DNA of 64,000 nucleotides from Patescibacteria group bacterium (GTDB lineage: Bacteria > Patescibacteriota > Minisyncoccia > Minisyncoccales > UBA10102), in the NCBI GenBank assembly GCA_022563395.1, contig JADFNM010000001.1, forward strand, positions 178,830 through 242,829. Direction: 5' to 3'. Position 1 is the first letter of the stretch. Every line of letters starts with the position of its first letter. Below the pieces are notes generated by a model. That model ran no database searches, was not told the DNA's origin, and saw nothing but the letters and a program-made list of their open reading frames with translations. Shown here in pieces: positions 18,833-29,088 of the stretch. Position numbers and translations under genes: made by a program.

Positions 18833-19060
18833 ATGTATCTTGATATTGTTCTCGGTTTTTATAATCGTGCTGATGGTGGCTATGCACCGTGGTTTATGAT
18901 TTTTGAGCGTGATGGAGGTAATACCAGGGAGATTCCATTTGATTGCAAAGAGACTGCTCAATCAGAAAAAGAAGCAATACGCATTGCAAAAGCACACGCA
19001 CTAAAGATACTGGAAGAAAGATACTCCTCATCCGTCCAAGTTCGCTTTAGAGAAAAGTAG
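18833..19060 (+). CDS. Hypothetical protein
   Basis: 75-aa ORF 2 nt after the previous stop. Confidence 0.5.
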   Translation: MYLDIVLGFYNRADGGYAPWFMIFERDGGNTREIPFDCKETAQSEKEAIRIAKAHALKILEERYSSSVQVRFREK

Positions 19061-19103
19061 GGGATTATCGCACAAAACTATATGCAAAGGTGAACTTGCC
19101 ACC

Positions 19104-19131
19104 CAATAAAAGGGTTCTAACTTCGTCCAGT
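19104..19131 (+). repeat. Cassette junction repeat (GTTCTAAC core also at 19816, 20240, 21637, 22873, 31316, 32357, 39404)
   Basis: CAATAAAAGGGTTCTAACTTCGTCCAGT is identical at 19104-19131 and 19806-19833; the other copies are degenerate. Confidence 0.9.
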
Positions 19132-19218
19132 GCCCCCGGCTGCTAATTTTAAGCTTAGATTCTAAGCACCCTATCGTGGAGTTAGAACTATGGGTGATTT
19201 TTTGATAAAGTGAACAAT

Positions 19219-19725
19219 ATGAAAAAGAAATTGAGATTCATCTTACTAAACGGGCCAATAGGTTCGGGTAAATCCACTACTGCCAATCTTCTGCAAAGCA
19301 AATTGAAAAGAACTGCTATATTGAGTGTGGAAGACATTAGACAACTTATTTCTGATTTCAAGCACAACAGAGAAGACCATCTCCTTACGTGGAAAATTAT
19401 CCATAGTATGTGTGATGAATATTTCAAAAATGGAATAAGTGTGTTGCTTGAACAGTCCTATTGTTCCAAAGATAATGTTAATCAATTTCTGCGTCTTGCA
19501 AAAAAGCACAAGTGCTCCATAGGTTTCTATCATCTTCAAGCACCAAGAAGTATTTTACTTGAAAGAATTAAGCAACGAAAGAAAGACCATAAGACTTCAA
19601 AAGCTAAAATAATAAGTAATATTAAAAAACACGAAGAAACGACCTACCCAGACGCTATTGTTATTGATACTTCTGAAATGAAACCGGTCGAAGTCGCTAA
19701 GCTTATTTTGAATGATTTAAAGTGA
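19219..19725 (+). CDS. P-loop kinase (AAA_33 / nucleoside-kinase-like)
   Basis: ILLNGPIGSGKST Walker A; LQAPRSILLERIKQR lid motif. Confidence 0.8.
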   Translation: MKKKLRFILLNGPIGSGKSTTANLLQSKLKRTAILSVEDIRQLISDFKHNREDHLLTWKIIHSMCDEYFKNGISVLLEQSYCSKDNVNQFLRLAKKHKCSIGFYHLQAPRSILLERIKQRKKDHKTSKAKIISNIKKHEETTYPDAIVIDTSEMKPVEVAKLILNDLK

Positions 19726-19919
19726 TTGGAGAAATAGTGTAACGTGGGGTGGGGTAATTTGTGTTAAGATGAGCTCAAACTATAGGCAAACCCTGACTTT
19801 CCTTGCAATAAAAGGGTTCTAACTTCGTCCAGTACCCCCTGCCATGATTGCTTAAACGAGATTTAAGCAATATGAGAAAAAGAATCGCCATGCAGGCGGT
19901 TTTTTGATAGAGTAGGATT

Positions 19920-20195
19920 ATGAAAAAGATTCATTTCTTCCTAGACGAATTCCACCACGGGGCTGTGAACCATGTGGTACATTTTACTGGCTTTACGCTC
20001 CTTGGATATGGATTAGGCATAGAGAACTGGTGGATTGTTATCCTCTCTCCTTTTGTCATGGAGATGGGTCATCTTTACAACTACTCTACGGGTAGAGACA
20101 GACACCATGCTATTCGCATCATTCCAATGCAGATAATAGCATGGCTCATCTTTGTAGGAATCGTATACTTACTTACAAGATTGTTTAGTTCATAG
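19920..20195 (+). CDS. Small His-rich membrane protein (DUF962/Mpo1-like)
   Basis: H..AVNHVVH..G and MGH motifs with TM helices. Confidence 0.5.
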   Translation: MKKIHFFLDEFHHGAVNHVVHFTGFTLLGYGLGIENWWIVILSPFVMEMGHLYNYSTGRDRHHAIRIIPMQIIAWLIFVGIVYLLTRLFSS

Positions 20196-20314
20196 AAGTT
20201 AAATTTGGAATATAAAACTCATCACTTAGCCTTATCCTGGTTCTAACGTCGTTCACGACACGCAGCTAGTTTTAGAGGTTTGACGTGTTTGTGGATGCTT
20301 TGGTAAAATGAAAT

Positions 20315-21577
20315 ATGGAAAATAATTTTTATAGTAAAGGGCAAAGTTTAGTTGGTATAGCTATTATTTCAGTCATTATTAGCTTAATAGTAATAGGTGG
20401 TTTATATTTTTATTTTTCAAAACAAATCCCAGAAGTGTCTAAAATTTCCGAAAAACAAGCCGAAGAAATAATTCAACCAGAAGAGGTTATTCTTCCATCT
20501 GAAGAGTTACCCAAAGAAGAAATTGCTCCAGAGAAGAAAGTTGTAGAAATCTCAATTAAGGCTCCCAAGGAAACGGAGCTAGAAGCCCCCGCACCCCAAT
20601 CACCGCGCAAACCCTTTCCACCAACTGTTAGGATTGAGGCAAATCCAAGCACAGTGCCATCTGGAACACCAGTTACTCTTTCTTGGACTTCTGAAAACGC
20701 AGATTCTTGTATTGCAAAAGACGATTGGTCAGGATCGTTGGAGCTTTCTGGGCAAAGAACAGTTACTCCTCCTAGATCCATATCATACTATCCTGTAGAA
20801 TGCCGGAATCCATTCGGTATCGCATCATATTCTGTAACTATATATGTAGAGTCTATTGCACCTTTACCCTCAGAGGATGCGCCATTAACACCTAAAGAAG
20901 GATTTAGTCTACTTGTTGTCTTCACTTACGAAGATACACCACTAGATTCTCAGATTAAAGAGGACTTATGTACCGGATCTGGCACAAATAAGTTTTCCTA
21001 TCTTCCAAAATGGTTCAAACGTGAAGCAAGCAGATACGGCGTTTCATTCTCAATGACGGTACAATGTCTTGATCAACAAGTTGAACTATCGCAGGATGTT
21101 ATTGAGACAACAAACACCTGTAAGGGTGGTCTCGGAGGTACATTCACTTGTCCATATGACAAAACAAAAGCAAAAAGTTATCTCGAACAAACCATTCCAT
21201 TACTACAGAATTATGATGTTGTGACGATTATGCATTATAAGCCTTATTCTTATGAATTTGGGGCTGATTCAGACGGTTCTGGGGGAAAATATAATTATAT
21301 ATACCTCGCAAAAGGCCCAGTTATCGACGGAGTCCAATATTATAACCCCAATGTAGGAAACGAAGGCAACCATGCTTTTGCTGCTGCACATGAAAGTCTC
21401 CATAATCTAGGAGCATCTGACTACTACTTTCAGGGTTCCGGATACAAATGTTTGATAGAATCTGATCCTACTTTAATTTATAATAGCAGGTATATAATGT
21501 GTGCTGCTGCTAGGGAAGATCCTTTTAGTAGTTATGTAATTTCTCCTGAGACTGCAAAAGAACTTGGATGGAGATAA
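20315..21577 (+). CDS. Surface protein: pilin-like N-terminus, Pro-rich linker, Ig-like domain, C-terminal zincin peptidase domain
   Basis: KGQSLVGIAII start; ANPSTV..G.PVTLSWTS..A..C; HESLHNLGASD plus downstream IM (Met-turn-like). Confidence 0.7.
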   Translation: MENNFYSKGQSLVGIAIISVIISLIVIGGLYFYFSKQIPEVSKISEKQAEEIIQPEEVILPSEELPKEEIAPEKKVVEISIKAPKETELEAPAPQSPRKPFPPTVRIEANPSTVPSGTPVTLSWTSENADSCIAKDDWSGSLELSGQRTVTPPRSISYYPVECRNPFGIASYSVTIYVESIAPLPSEDAPLTPKEGFSLLVVFTYEDTPLDSQIKEDLCTGSGTNKFSYLPKWFKREASRYGVSFSMTVQCLDQQVELSQDVIETTNTCKGGLGGTFTCPYDKTKAKSYLEQTIPLLQNYDVVTIMHYKPYSYEFGADSDGSGGKYNYIYLAKGPVIDGVQYYNPNVGNEGNHAFAAAHESLHNLGASDYYFQGSGYKCLIESDPTLIYNSRYIMCAAAREDPFSSYVISPETAKELGWR

Positions 21578-21690
21578 ATTCAAGCTATATTAAGAAGTCG
21601 TATGACGAGAATGTGAGCTCCTCACATACCAAAAGGGTTCTAACTTCGTCCACGACACGCAGCTAGCAGTTCTGAATAGCAAAAATCGCA

Positions 21691-22074
21691 ATGCAAGAAA
21701 ACAAACTAACGATTCAAATTAACAAACCTATTGTAGAGGTTTTTGCTTTTACGACGAATCCGCAAAACACGCCTTTGTGGCTTGACTCAGTAGTTACTGA
21801 ACAAGTGAATGAGTGGCCAGCAAGACAAGGGAGTATTTATAAGAATCAAGATACAGATGGAAACTGGTCAGAGTATGTCGTAAGTGAGTGGAGAGAAAAC
21901 GAAATGTTTGTATGGGACAAAAAGAATAGTAATTACCATGTTAGGTATATCTTTACGCCAGTAGACGAAAATATCACAGAACTTGAATACTATGAATGGG
22001 TAGATACAGGAGAGCTTGATAAACCCTTTACCCAGAAAATACTAGAAAAGCTAAAGCGCGTTTTGGAAAATTAG
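21691..22074 (+). CDS. SRPBCC/START-fold (polyketide cyclase-like) protein
   Basis: IQINKPIVEVFAFTTNPQNTPLW N-terminus; LEKLKRVLE C-terminal helix. Confidence 0.8.
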   Translation: MQENKLTIQINKPIVEVFAFTTNPQNTPLWLDSVVTEQVNEWPARQGSIYKNQDTDGNWSEYVVSEWRENEMFVWDKKNSNYHVRYIFTPVDENITELEYYEWVDTGELDKPFTQKILEKLKRVLEN

Positions 22075-22089
22075 TTCTAAATGAGACAC

Positions 22090-22127
22090 GAGATACTACG
22101 CCTATCCAGTGTCTCATTTGTCTCATT
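22090..22127 (+). repeat. 38-bp spacer repeat (second copy 25262-25299) with iterated TGTCTCAT
   Basis: 34/38 identical between copies by manual alignment. Confidence 0.75.
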
Positions 22128-22240
22128 TTGTGCTAAAATGACCCCGACCGAGACGGGTAGATGAGACACCCCTAGAAAGCCCCAGAATCCCTCTTAAACC
22201 TCATGTTCCAGACCAAGGGTGCTAAAGCCAAACATAAAAC

Positions 22241-22810
22241 ATGATATCTCACCCATCTATCAAGGCCATCTTTATACCAGGAAATGATGGCGGTACAACG
22301 CAGGACCAGTGGTTTCCGTATGCCAAACGTGAACTTAAAAAGCTTGGTCTTGCAGTAAGGGCAGAAACTTTTCCTGACCCCATTCTTGCAAGGGAACAAT
22401 ACTGGATCCCTTTCTTGAAAGAGCTTGGCGCTGACGAGAAGACCATCCTTATAGGACATTCATCGGGAGCAGTCGCTGCAATGAGATTTGCAGAGCAGAA
22501 CAAAATTCTGGGATCGGTGTTGATTGGGGCCTGCTACACTGACCTTAATGACGAGATGGAAAAGAAAAGCGGGTATTACGACCGCCCCTGGGATTGGGAG
22601 GCAATCAAAGCGAATCAAGAGTGGATTATCCAATATGCCTCTATTGACGATCCATACATTCCTGTTGAGGAAGCTCGGCATATCCATACACAACTTGGTA
22701 CAGAATATTACGAGTATAAAGACCAGGGACACTTTGGAGAACCCACAAGGCCTAAACCAGAGTTTCCAGAGATGATAGAGGCAATCAGAAAAAAGCTATC
22801 CCAGGACTAA
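22241..22810 (+). CDS. RBBP9/YdeN-family alpha/beta hydrolase
   Basis: IPGN, WFPY, FPDP..AR, GHSSG nucleophile, DDPYIP and GHF motifs. Confidence 0.9.
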   Translation: MISHPSIKAIFIPGNDGGTTQDQWFPYAKRELKKLGLAVRAETFPDPILAREQYWIPFLKELGADEKTILIGHSSGAVAAMRFAEQNKILGSVLIGACYTDLNDEMEKKSGYYDRPWDWEAIKANQEWIIQYASIDDPYIPVEEARHIHTQLGTEYYEYKDQGHFGEPTRPKPEFPEMIEAIRKKLSQD

Positions 22811-22895
22811 GATTCTCTGCACCAGCATTCACGCAACGGGACATTCGTCTCTGAGAGACTCAGTCTCGATGAGTTCTAACATCGTCCAAGCCCCG

Positions 22896-22990
22896 CAGCA
22901 TACTAATACAAGAAGCCAATGGTTCCTAAATGAAATTAAGGATTCTTTAATTTCATTTAGGAGATATGCGCTCTAAATAAGGGGGACAAA
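22896..22990. repeat. Copy of the island-end / pcm 3' junction (original 44882-44958; partial copies 28501-28540, 31380-31437, 33571-33648)
   Basis: CAGCAYACTAATACAARAAGCCAATGGTTCCT...GGAGATATGCGCT.CTARATAAGGGG.ACAAA. Confidence 0.85.
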
Positions 22991-23108
22991 ACTTGTGTAA
23001 ATCGGATGTGCACAACAAGGATTTTGAGAATATCATTAACTTTTTAGGCAAATGATTTATAATAAAGATGATAGATAAAAATGAACAGGATGATAACAAC
23101 TTAGAAAA

Positions 23109-24422
23109 ATGAGAGCAAAAATCCCCTTTATCTTCATTGTTGTTTCCCTTATGTTTGTCAGCATGTTTGTCGGCGCTTTTTTAGTCGGAGAGGTTAAGGC
23201 GCAGACAAAAGATTCCCAAGAGCTGTCAAAGGTTTTAGTGATTGACATTGAAGGAGAGATTCGCGCCGGCACGGTTCAGTTTGTAAAGCGCGCTTTGACA
23301 AAGGCCCAAGCTGGCGACTTTGAACTTTTTCTTATTCAACTGAACACCCCAGGTGGGCTCTTAAAGGCCACCGAAGAGATCAGCCGGCTTTTGCTGGACA
23401 GCAAAATACAAACCGCCGTGTTTGTTCATAAAAACGGCGGCTGGGCATTTTCGGCCGGCACTTTTATTCTTCTGTCTGCAGAAATTGCAGTTAGCCATCC
23501 CAATGCCTCAATTGGTGCGGCTCAGCCGCGCGCTTTGGGTATTGGGGAAGTCGCGGAGCCTGATGAAAAAATTATTAAAGCCTCAAGCATTTGGATGAAA
23601 TCATTAGCTGAAGCTCGCGGACGAAACCTCGAGGTCGCGGAAAAATTCGTCCTGGAAAATCTAACATTAAGCGGTAAAGAGGCACACGAACAAAATATTA
23701 TTAATTTCACCGCCGTATCTTTGGATGAACTTCTCAACAAGCTTAAATTTAAAGACGCCGCCATAGAAGAAGTAACGCCAAATCTCTTAGAGCAAATCCT
23801 GTCTTTTCTTTCCATTTCTTTTCTAATTCCGCTTTTACTTGGCATTGGGTCTTTAGGGTTGTTCTTTGTATTTCGCACAGGCGAGGTGGAAATTGGAATT
23901 TTCGCTATCGCTGCTCTTCTTTTAGGACTGTGGGGAATGGGGGCTATCAATCTTTCGGTGCTGGGAGCAACGCTTTTGTTCTTTGGTATTGCTCTTATTA
24001 TTCTTGAAATTTTTGTGATGCCCGGATTTGGTGTTTTTGGCATAGCTGGAACCATCGCCTTTCTTTTTGGGATACTCACCTTTGCCCAAGAGCCGTTCTT
24101 ACCAAGCGTTTTTACCAATGCAGCTTTTTGGTTTGTGATGGGGGTGACGTTGGCTGTTTCTGTGTTTTTCATTGTTCTTGGCAGATTGTCGCTTAAAACC
24201 CTAAGGGTAAAGGCCAGGGCTGGTCCGGAGGCTCTCACGGGAGAAACAGCTGTTGTAACCGAAACACTGCATCCCTACGGCAAGGTAAAGATTAACCGTG
24301 AGGACTGGGTGGCAAAAAATATTTCAGATAAAGAAGTTATTGAAGTGGGAGAGAAGGTAAGGGTTGTAAATATCCAGGGAAATACTATAATAGTAAAAGG
24401 GTCGAAAACTAGCATGCTGTAA
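23109..24422 (+). CDS. nfeD: NfeD-family membrane-bound serine protease (long form)
   Basis: LNTPGG, AFSAG, IGAAQP, TM block and C-terminal OB-fold (GKVKINREDW); upstream of a stomatin gene. Confidence 0.9.
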   Translation: MRAKIPFIFIVVSLMFVSMFVGAFLVGEVKAQTKDSQELSKVLVIDIEGEIRAGTVQFVKRALTKAQAGDFELFLIQLNTPGGLLKATEEISRLLLDSKIQTAVFVHKNGGWAFSAGTFILLSAEIAVSHPNASIGAAQPRALGIGEVAEPDEKIIKASSIWMKSLAEARGRNLEVAEKFVLENLTLSGKEAHEQNIINFTAVSLDELLNKLKFKDAAIEEVTPNLLEQILSFLSISFLIPLLLGIGSLGLFFVFRTGEVEIGIFAIAALLLGLWGMGAINLSVLGATLLFFGIALIILEIFVMPGFGVFGIAGTIAFLFGILTFAQEPFLPSVFTNAAFWFVMGVTLAVSVFFIVLGRLSLKTLRVKARAGPEALTGETAVVTETLHPYGKVKINREDWVAKNISDKEVIEVGEKVRVVNIQGNTIIVKGSKTSML

Positions 24423-24437
24423 AAACTTGTAAATATT

Positions 24438-25205
24438 ATGGAATTTTTGTTTAATTTATTTTTCTCAACTGGAGGAATTATTGTTATCGTCGCCATCATT
24501 CTTTTCTCAGCTGTAAAGATTGTCAGGGAATATGAGCGGGCAGTTATTTTTCGCTTGGGACGCTTGGTGGGCACGCGTGGACCCGGTCTTTTTCTGCTTA
24601 TCCCAATGATTGAAAAAATGGTCAAGCTTGATCTTCGGATTATTACCCTTGATGTGCCGGCCCAAGAGGTTATCACCCGCGACAACATACCCATAACGGT
24701 TGACGCGGTGCTGTATTTTAAGGTTTCTGACCCTATTCGTGCAGTGGTTGAGGTTGAAAACTTTCTGAAAGCAACTTCGCAAATCGCCCAGACATCGCTT
24801 AGGGGAGTTGCCGGCGAGGCGGCTTTTGACGAGATTCTGGCCGAGCGTGAGAAGATTAACACCAAGCTTCACAAAATTATTGACATTGCCACGGACCCTT
24901 GGGGAATTAAAGTCTCGGCGGTGGAAATAAAGCACGTTGAGGTGCCAGAAGCCATGCAGCGGGCAATTGCCAAACAGGCGGAAGCTGAGCGGACAAGACG
25001 GGCAAAAGTAATTTTGGCCGAGGGAGAATTTCAGGCGGCTCAAAAACTAAAGGATGCCGGTGAAATTCTCGGCGCCAACCCAATTGTGTTTCGCTATCTT
25101 GAAACCATAGCAGAAGCGGCTAAAGAAAAAAGCAATACCATCATCTTCCCGGCCGAGATGCTTGACTTGGTCAAAAAAATCTCCCGAAAATCGGACATGC
25201 AGTGA
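24438..25205 (+). CDS. Stomatin-like SPFH protein (slipin)
   Basis: EYERAVIFRLGR, GPGL, QEVITRDN, AQTSLR, WGIKV and QAEAER motifs. Confidence 0.93.
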   Translation: MEFLFNLFFSTGGIIVIVAIILFSAVKIVREYERAVIFRLGRLVGTRGPGLFLLIPMIEKMVKLDLRIITLDVPAQEVITRDNIPITVDAVLYFKVSDPIRAVVEVENFLKATSQIAQTSLRGVAGEAAFDEILAEREKINTKLHKIIDIATDPWGIKVSAVEIKHVEVPEAMQRAIAKQAEAERTRRAKVILAEGEFQAAQKLKDAGEILGANPIVFRYLETIAEAAKEKSNTIIFPAEMLDLVKKISRKSDMQ

Positions 25206-25490
25206 AAAACCACTTGAAAAATTAAGTGGCAGAGAAAAATAGAACTTGCTGGTCCTCTTTAGAGACACTACCCCTATCTAGTGTTTCATTTGTCTCATTC
25301 TGCCTTATTTCTTCTTGGTTGAAAGTGCCCCGTCCCCGTCAGAATTAGTTTCTTTAGTAGCCCCAATTTCCCCTTAAAATTCCGAGGGGATAAGGTGCAA
25401 GACTCGCCTAGAGAGCATTAGTGCTTAAACGAGATTTAAGCAAACTCATAATCTAATATGCACACAGGAGTTCCATTACCATCAAATCCT

Positions 25491-26033
25491 ATGGAAGAAT
25501 TAGAACAAAACAAAAACCTCGCCGAGGCAGCACAGCTTACCAAGCAAGAGCGGAAACAGTTAAAGAAACAGCGTAAGCGAGAAGAGCGTCAACAGGGACG
25601 CAGTCAAGAGAAAATGAAAAAGATAATTACTATTGCTGTAATTATCTTGGTTGTGGGGGGAGGAATCTTTGCTCTGGGCTGGTTTTTCTCAACCGGCCCG
25701 AGCCTGCCGCCAACCTCACAGCTAAATCATTCTGAACTATCGCCGCCAGCTCATATTGTCACAAGTCCTATCCCAGCAGCCATCCAGAAGCATATGCTTG
25801 AACACGCCGATGGAGGAGGCAAGCCCGGGGTTATTATTCAATACAATTGCGAAGATTTTGCATGTGAGCAGGATCTGGTAGACAACTTAACTGAGCTCGT
25901 AAAGCGGTATCCAGCCAACGTATACCTTGCTCCAAATAATTATGACGGAAAGATTATCTTAACCAAGCTTGGCAGGCGACAAATCTTAGAGGAGTTTAAC
26001 CAACGAACAATAGAGGACTTTATTGGACGATAA
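25491..26033 (+). CDS. DUF3105-like membrane-anchored protein
   Basis: Basic N-terminus, one TM, HMLEH..G.VIIQYNC motif. Confidence 0.65.
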   Translation: MEELEQNKNLAEAAQLTKQERKQLKKQRKREERQQGRSQEKMKKIITIAVIILVVGGGIFALGWFFSTGPSLPPTSQLNHSELSPPAHIVTSPIPAAIQKHMLEHADGGGKPGVIIQYNCEDFACEQDLVDNLTELVKRYPANVYLAPNNYDGKIILTKLGRRQILEEFNQRTIEDFIGR

Positions 26034-26087
26034 ACAGCCTGCAGGGTCGTGCAGGTAAGTTGCATATACGTTAAGGTGAAGTAACAT

Positions 26088-26816
26088 ATGAACAAAACCA
26101 TAATAATCATTATTATTGCTTTAGGAGCAGTTGTCGGGGCATACTTCCTCTTTCAGGGAGGGGATGGGGTTCCACAGGAATCTGGTACGCAAACTCCTGC
26201 GTCGCAAAACCAAGAGCGGATTATATCCATTCGCAACCATCAGATTACAGAACCCACGCTTGTTATCTCAGTTGGTGACACGGTGACCTGGAGAAACCAG
26301 GATAATCTTGCGGGATTCCCGTATGATAATCACTCGCCAACGAGCGGCACGATTGATTCTACGGGCGCTCAGGGCCAAAGAGGCGTGGTTCCCAACAGCG
26401 GAAGCGGCATAGCCGATGGTACGTTTGAGCTTGCTCTGGGTTCTGGTGAGTCACAAAGCTTCACCTTTACTGAAGCTGGCACCTATACTTACTATATCGC
26501 AGAACACCCTTTAGTGAGCGGCGAGGGAAAGATTATTGTGGAGGAAAAGAAGGTACCAGTAAGCATGAGTGCTCGCAGTTTTGCCTTTAGCCCCGAAACG
26601 CTCAAAGCAAGGGTTGGGGAAAGTATAGTGCTTGAGGTGCAGGCAACCGGACAACATACCTTCACCATTGATGAATTGGGCGTGAATGTTTCCCTGCCGC
26701 ATGGCAAAACAACGAGAGTGGAATTTACGCCGTCTCAAACAGGAACCTTCACTTACTACTGCGCCGTTCCCGGCCATCGTAATGCGGGGCAAATCGGCAC
26801 TCTAACGGTCGAATAA
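26088..26816 (+). CDS. Membrane-anchored protein with two cupredoxin domains
   Basis: VGDTVTWRN..H; FTFTEAGTYTYY; HTFTI...GTFTYYCAVPGH. Confidence 0.85.
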   Translation: MNKTIIIIIIALGAVVGAYFLFQGGDGVPQESGTQTPASQNQERIISIRNHQITEPTLVISVGDTVTWRNQDNLAGFPYDNHSPTSGTIDSTGAQGQRGVVPNSGSGIADGTFELALGSGESQSFTFTEAGTYTYYIAEHPLVSGEGKIIVEEKKVPVSMSARSFAFSPETLKARVGESIVLEVQATGQHTFTIDELGVNVSLPHGKTTRVEFTPSQTGTFTYYCAVPGHRNAGQIGTLTVE

Positions 26817-26845
26817 CTTATAACTAATAACTCATCACAAACACT

Positions 26846-27058
26846 ATGAAATGGTCACCAATTTTACACGGAGTTGCCGCAGTTTCCGGAGTCGTTGGCT
26901 TTTTGGTCTTAGTCATGTGGTGGATAGTTCTTTTGAGGGAAGGCGCATCGCCTTTTTCGGCAGAACATTTGTATGACGACGCAATAGCTTTACTTTTGCT
27001 CTCAATCGCGTTTGGCATAGGCACTCTTATCCACCAAAAACAGGAGCGACAGCAATAA
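26846..27058 (+). CDS. Small 2-TM membrane protein
   Basis: 70 aa; SAEHLYDDA between two helices. Confidence 0.65.
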   Translation: MKWSPILHGVAAVSGVVGFLVLVMWWIVLLREGASPFSAEHLYDDAIALLLLSIAFGIGTLIHQKQERQQ

Positions 27059-27064
27059 TACCGT

Positions 27065-28474
27065 ATGTTTTTTCGACCCGTTCTGGGTGTTTTTCTGGTT
27101 TTTGGTCTTCTCGTCCTTGGGGGCTGGTTTGTACTGCAAAAAAAGGGTAACGTTAAAACCCCAGCCGTGGACGATATTCAAGAGAAAGTTCAGGTTGCAG
27201 CCAGCTACTCTTTTTTTGTAACAGTTGACGGGATAGGACTCAATGTTGATGTGGCAGATACGCCAGAGAAAAAGGCCCAAGGGCTTTCTGGAAGAATTGG
27301 CATGGGAGAAGACGAGGGCATGCTGTTTGTGTATGATGCGCCGGGGCTTTATACTTTTTGGATGAAGGATATGCTATTTTCCATTGATATTATTTGGATC
27401 AATGAAAATTACGAAATTGTTGATATCGCAAAAAATGCTTTGCCTGATTCATTTCTTCAGACTTTTCAACCACAAAAACCAGCGCAGTATGTGTTGGAGG
27501 TAAATGCGGGCTTTTCCGATAGAAATAATATCCAAATCGGCAGTAGAGTAGATTTTTCAGAAATTTTTATTGGTAGTAAATTTAAAGAACTTGTTTTTGT
27601 TGTAGATGCCAAAAACGATGAGGTTATTGTTCTAACCAAAGAAGGTGGAATCATAAAACGAATCAAAGTTGATCATAGTCCGCACGATATTGCTCTCTCG
27701 CCCAATAGCAAGTTTATCGTTACGGCTAATTTTCACAGCAATACCATAAACATCATTGATGTTCAGAGTTTATCTTTACAAAAAACCATCGCAACTGGCG
27801 ATGGGGCCCATGGCGTAGTATTCAGCCCGGATGGCAGGTTTCTTTTCGTTGTAAACGCAAGAGAAGACACGCTTTCCATTATTGAAACCGCAACCTTTAC
27901 CCAACAAACTAAGATCAATGTAGGAAGTTATCCAGAATATGTGGGTGTTACCAAAGATGGCTCCAAAGTTTTTACCACCAATCTTAGTGATGGGGGATCA
28001 ATAACCGTATTGCAGAACATTGGCTTTGAATCAAAAGTAATAAAGGAAATATCTTCTGATGTTGATCCTCACGGCTGGGCAATTTCGCCAGATGGCTCAA
28101 AAGTCATTATTACCACGCTGGGCAGTAACTCTGCTTATCTTTATGATAGCAGCACCTTTGAAGAAATAAGCCACTTTGATATTGGTGCGCCCTCAGAGTT
28201 TGCCGCTTTCCGCACGAACAACGAAGTGTGGGTTACCAATATTGGAGCTAATTACATTTCTATTATTGAGATTACGCAGAATACAATTCTTGACCAAATT
28301 GCGGTTGGAGAAACCCCTCACGGCATTTCTTTTTCATCAGACAAAACGCTTGCATTTGTTCCTTTATATCAACCAGGTGAAGTTGTTATAATTGACACGG
28401 TAGAACGAAAAGTAATCAAAAAAGTAAAAGTTGGCGAAGAACTTCATAATGCAGTGGTAGTAAAATCGAGGTAA
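27065..28474 (+). CDS. DUF192 domain fused to a YncE/YVTN beta-propeller
   Basis: VADTPEK..QGLS, GMLFV, FWMKDM..IDIIW and YVLEVNAG, then repeated PH/AH-G...SPDG blades. Confidence 0.85.
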   Translation: MFFRPVLGVFLVFGLLVLGGWFVLQKKGNVKTPAVDDIQEKVQVAASYSFFVTVDGIGLNVDVADTPEKKAQGLSGRIGMGEDEGMLFVYDAPGLYTFWMKDMLFSIDIIWINENYEIVDIAKNALPDSFLQTFQPQKPAQYVLEVNAGFSDRNNIQIGSRVDFSEIFIGSKFKELVFVVDAKNDEVIVLTKEGGIIKRIKVDHSPHDIALSPNSKFIVTANFHSNTINIIDVQSLSLQKTIATGDGAHGVVFSPDGRFLFVVNAREDTLSIIETATFTQQTKINVGSYPEYVGVTKDGSKVFTTNLSDGGSITVLQNIGFESKVIKEISSDVDPHGWAISPDGSKVIITTLGSNSAYLYDSSTFEEISHFDIGAPSEFAAFRTNNEVWVTNIGANYISIIEITQNTILDQIAVGETPHGISFSSDKTLAFVPLYQPGEVVIIDTVERKVIKKVKVGEELHNAVVVKSR

Positions 28475-28704
28475 CAGCGCTACAATTTAAAGGCGCAGGC
28501 AGGAGATATGCGCCTCTAGGCAAGGAGAGAACAAAACTTGGGGCGGGTCGTCTTAGCGGAGAATCCGGCCCGTGGCCCTACTATTTACACGTACTGTTTT
28601 GTGCTATTATATCAATGTAGAACGATTTGAGATTTAGCAGGCTGTAATAGTAAATAAAAGGTTGAACTGCCTGCTAAGATTGAGTAACTACCACTTAGAA
28701 ATAT

Positions 28705-29073
28705 ATGCCTATGAGTAAAAATGTAGCTATTGGCGTCGTTGTAGTTATTCTTGTCGTAGTGGCGGGAGCATTCTTCATTTTTAGAGGAGAAGAAGCATTT
28801 GATGTTTCTTTGTTTGAAAAAGATGAGGCGGAGTTAACCAGTATTGGCAATGATATTGAAATGCTTTCTCAAGATGCTGTCTTAGATGAACTTGAGCAGA
28901 CATTCGGCGATATTCTAGAGGGAGCAGGAATCAGTGCCGCCGAGGCATTGGACGAATCCTCAATCGCACTAGAGGCATTAGAAGCCGACTTATCCCAAAC
29001 ATTAGATGCTTTTGCGTCAGATGATGCCGTTTTGCAGGAACTTGACCAAGCATTTGGCGACGTTTCGCAGTAA
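28705..29073 (+). CDS. Hypothetical membrane-anchored acidic protein
   Basis: N-terminal TM; internally repeated DAVLxELxQxFGD. Confidence 0.65.
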   Translation: MPMSKNVAIGVVVVILVVVAGAFFIFRGEEAFDVSLFEKDEAELTSIGNDIEMLSQDAVLDELEQTFGDILEGAGISAAEALDESSIALEALEADLSQTLDAFASDDAVLQELDQAFGDVSQ

Positions 29074-29088
29074 TAACTCCCTAACATT

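Noticed and set aside
19104-22900. CRISPR array from the recurring GGTTCTAACTTCGTCCA
   Set aside because: The repeats are separated by whole genes (0.4-1.4 kb), not 30-40-nt spacers, and no cas genes are present.
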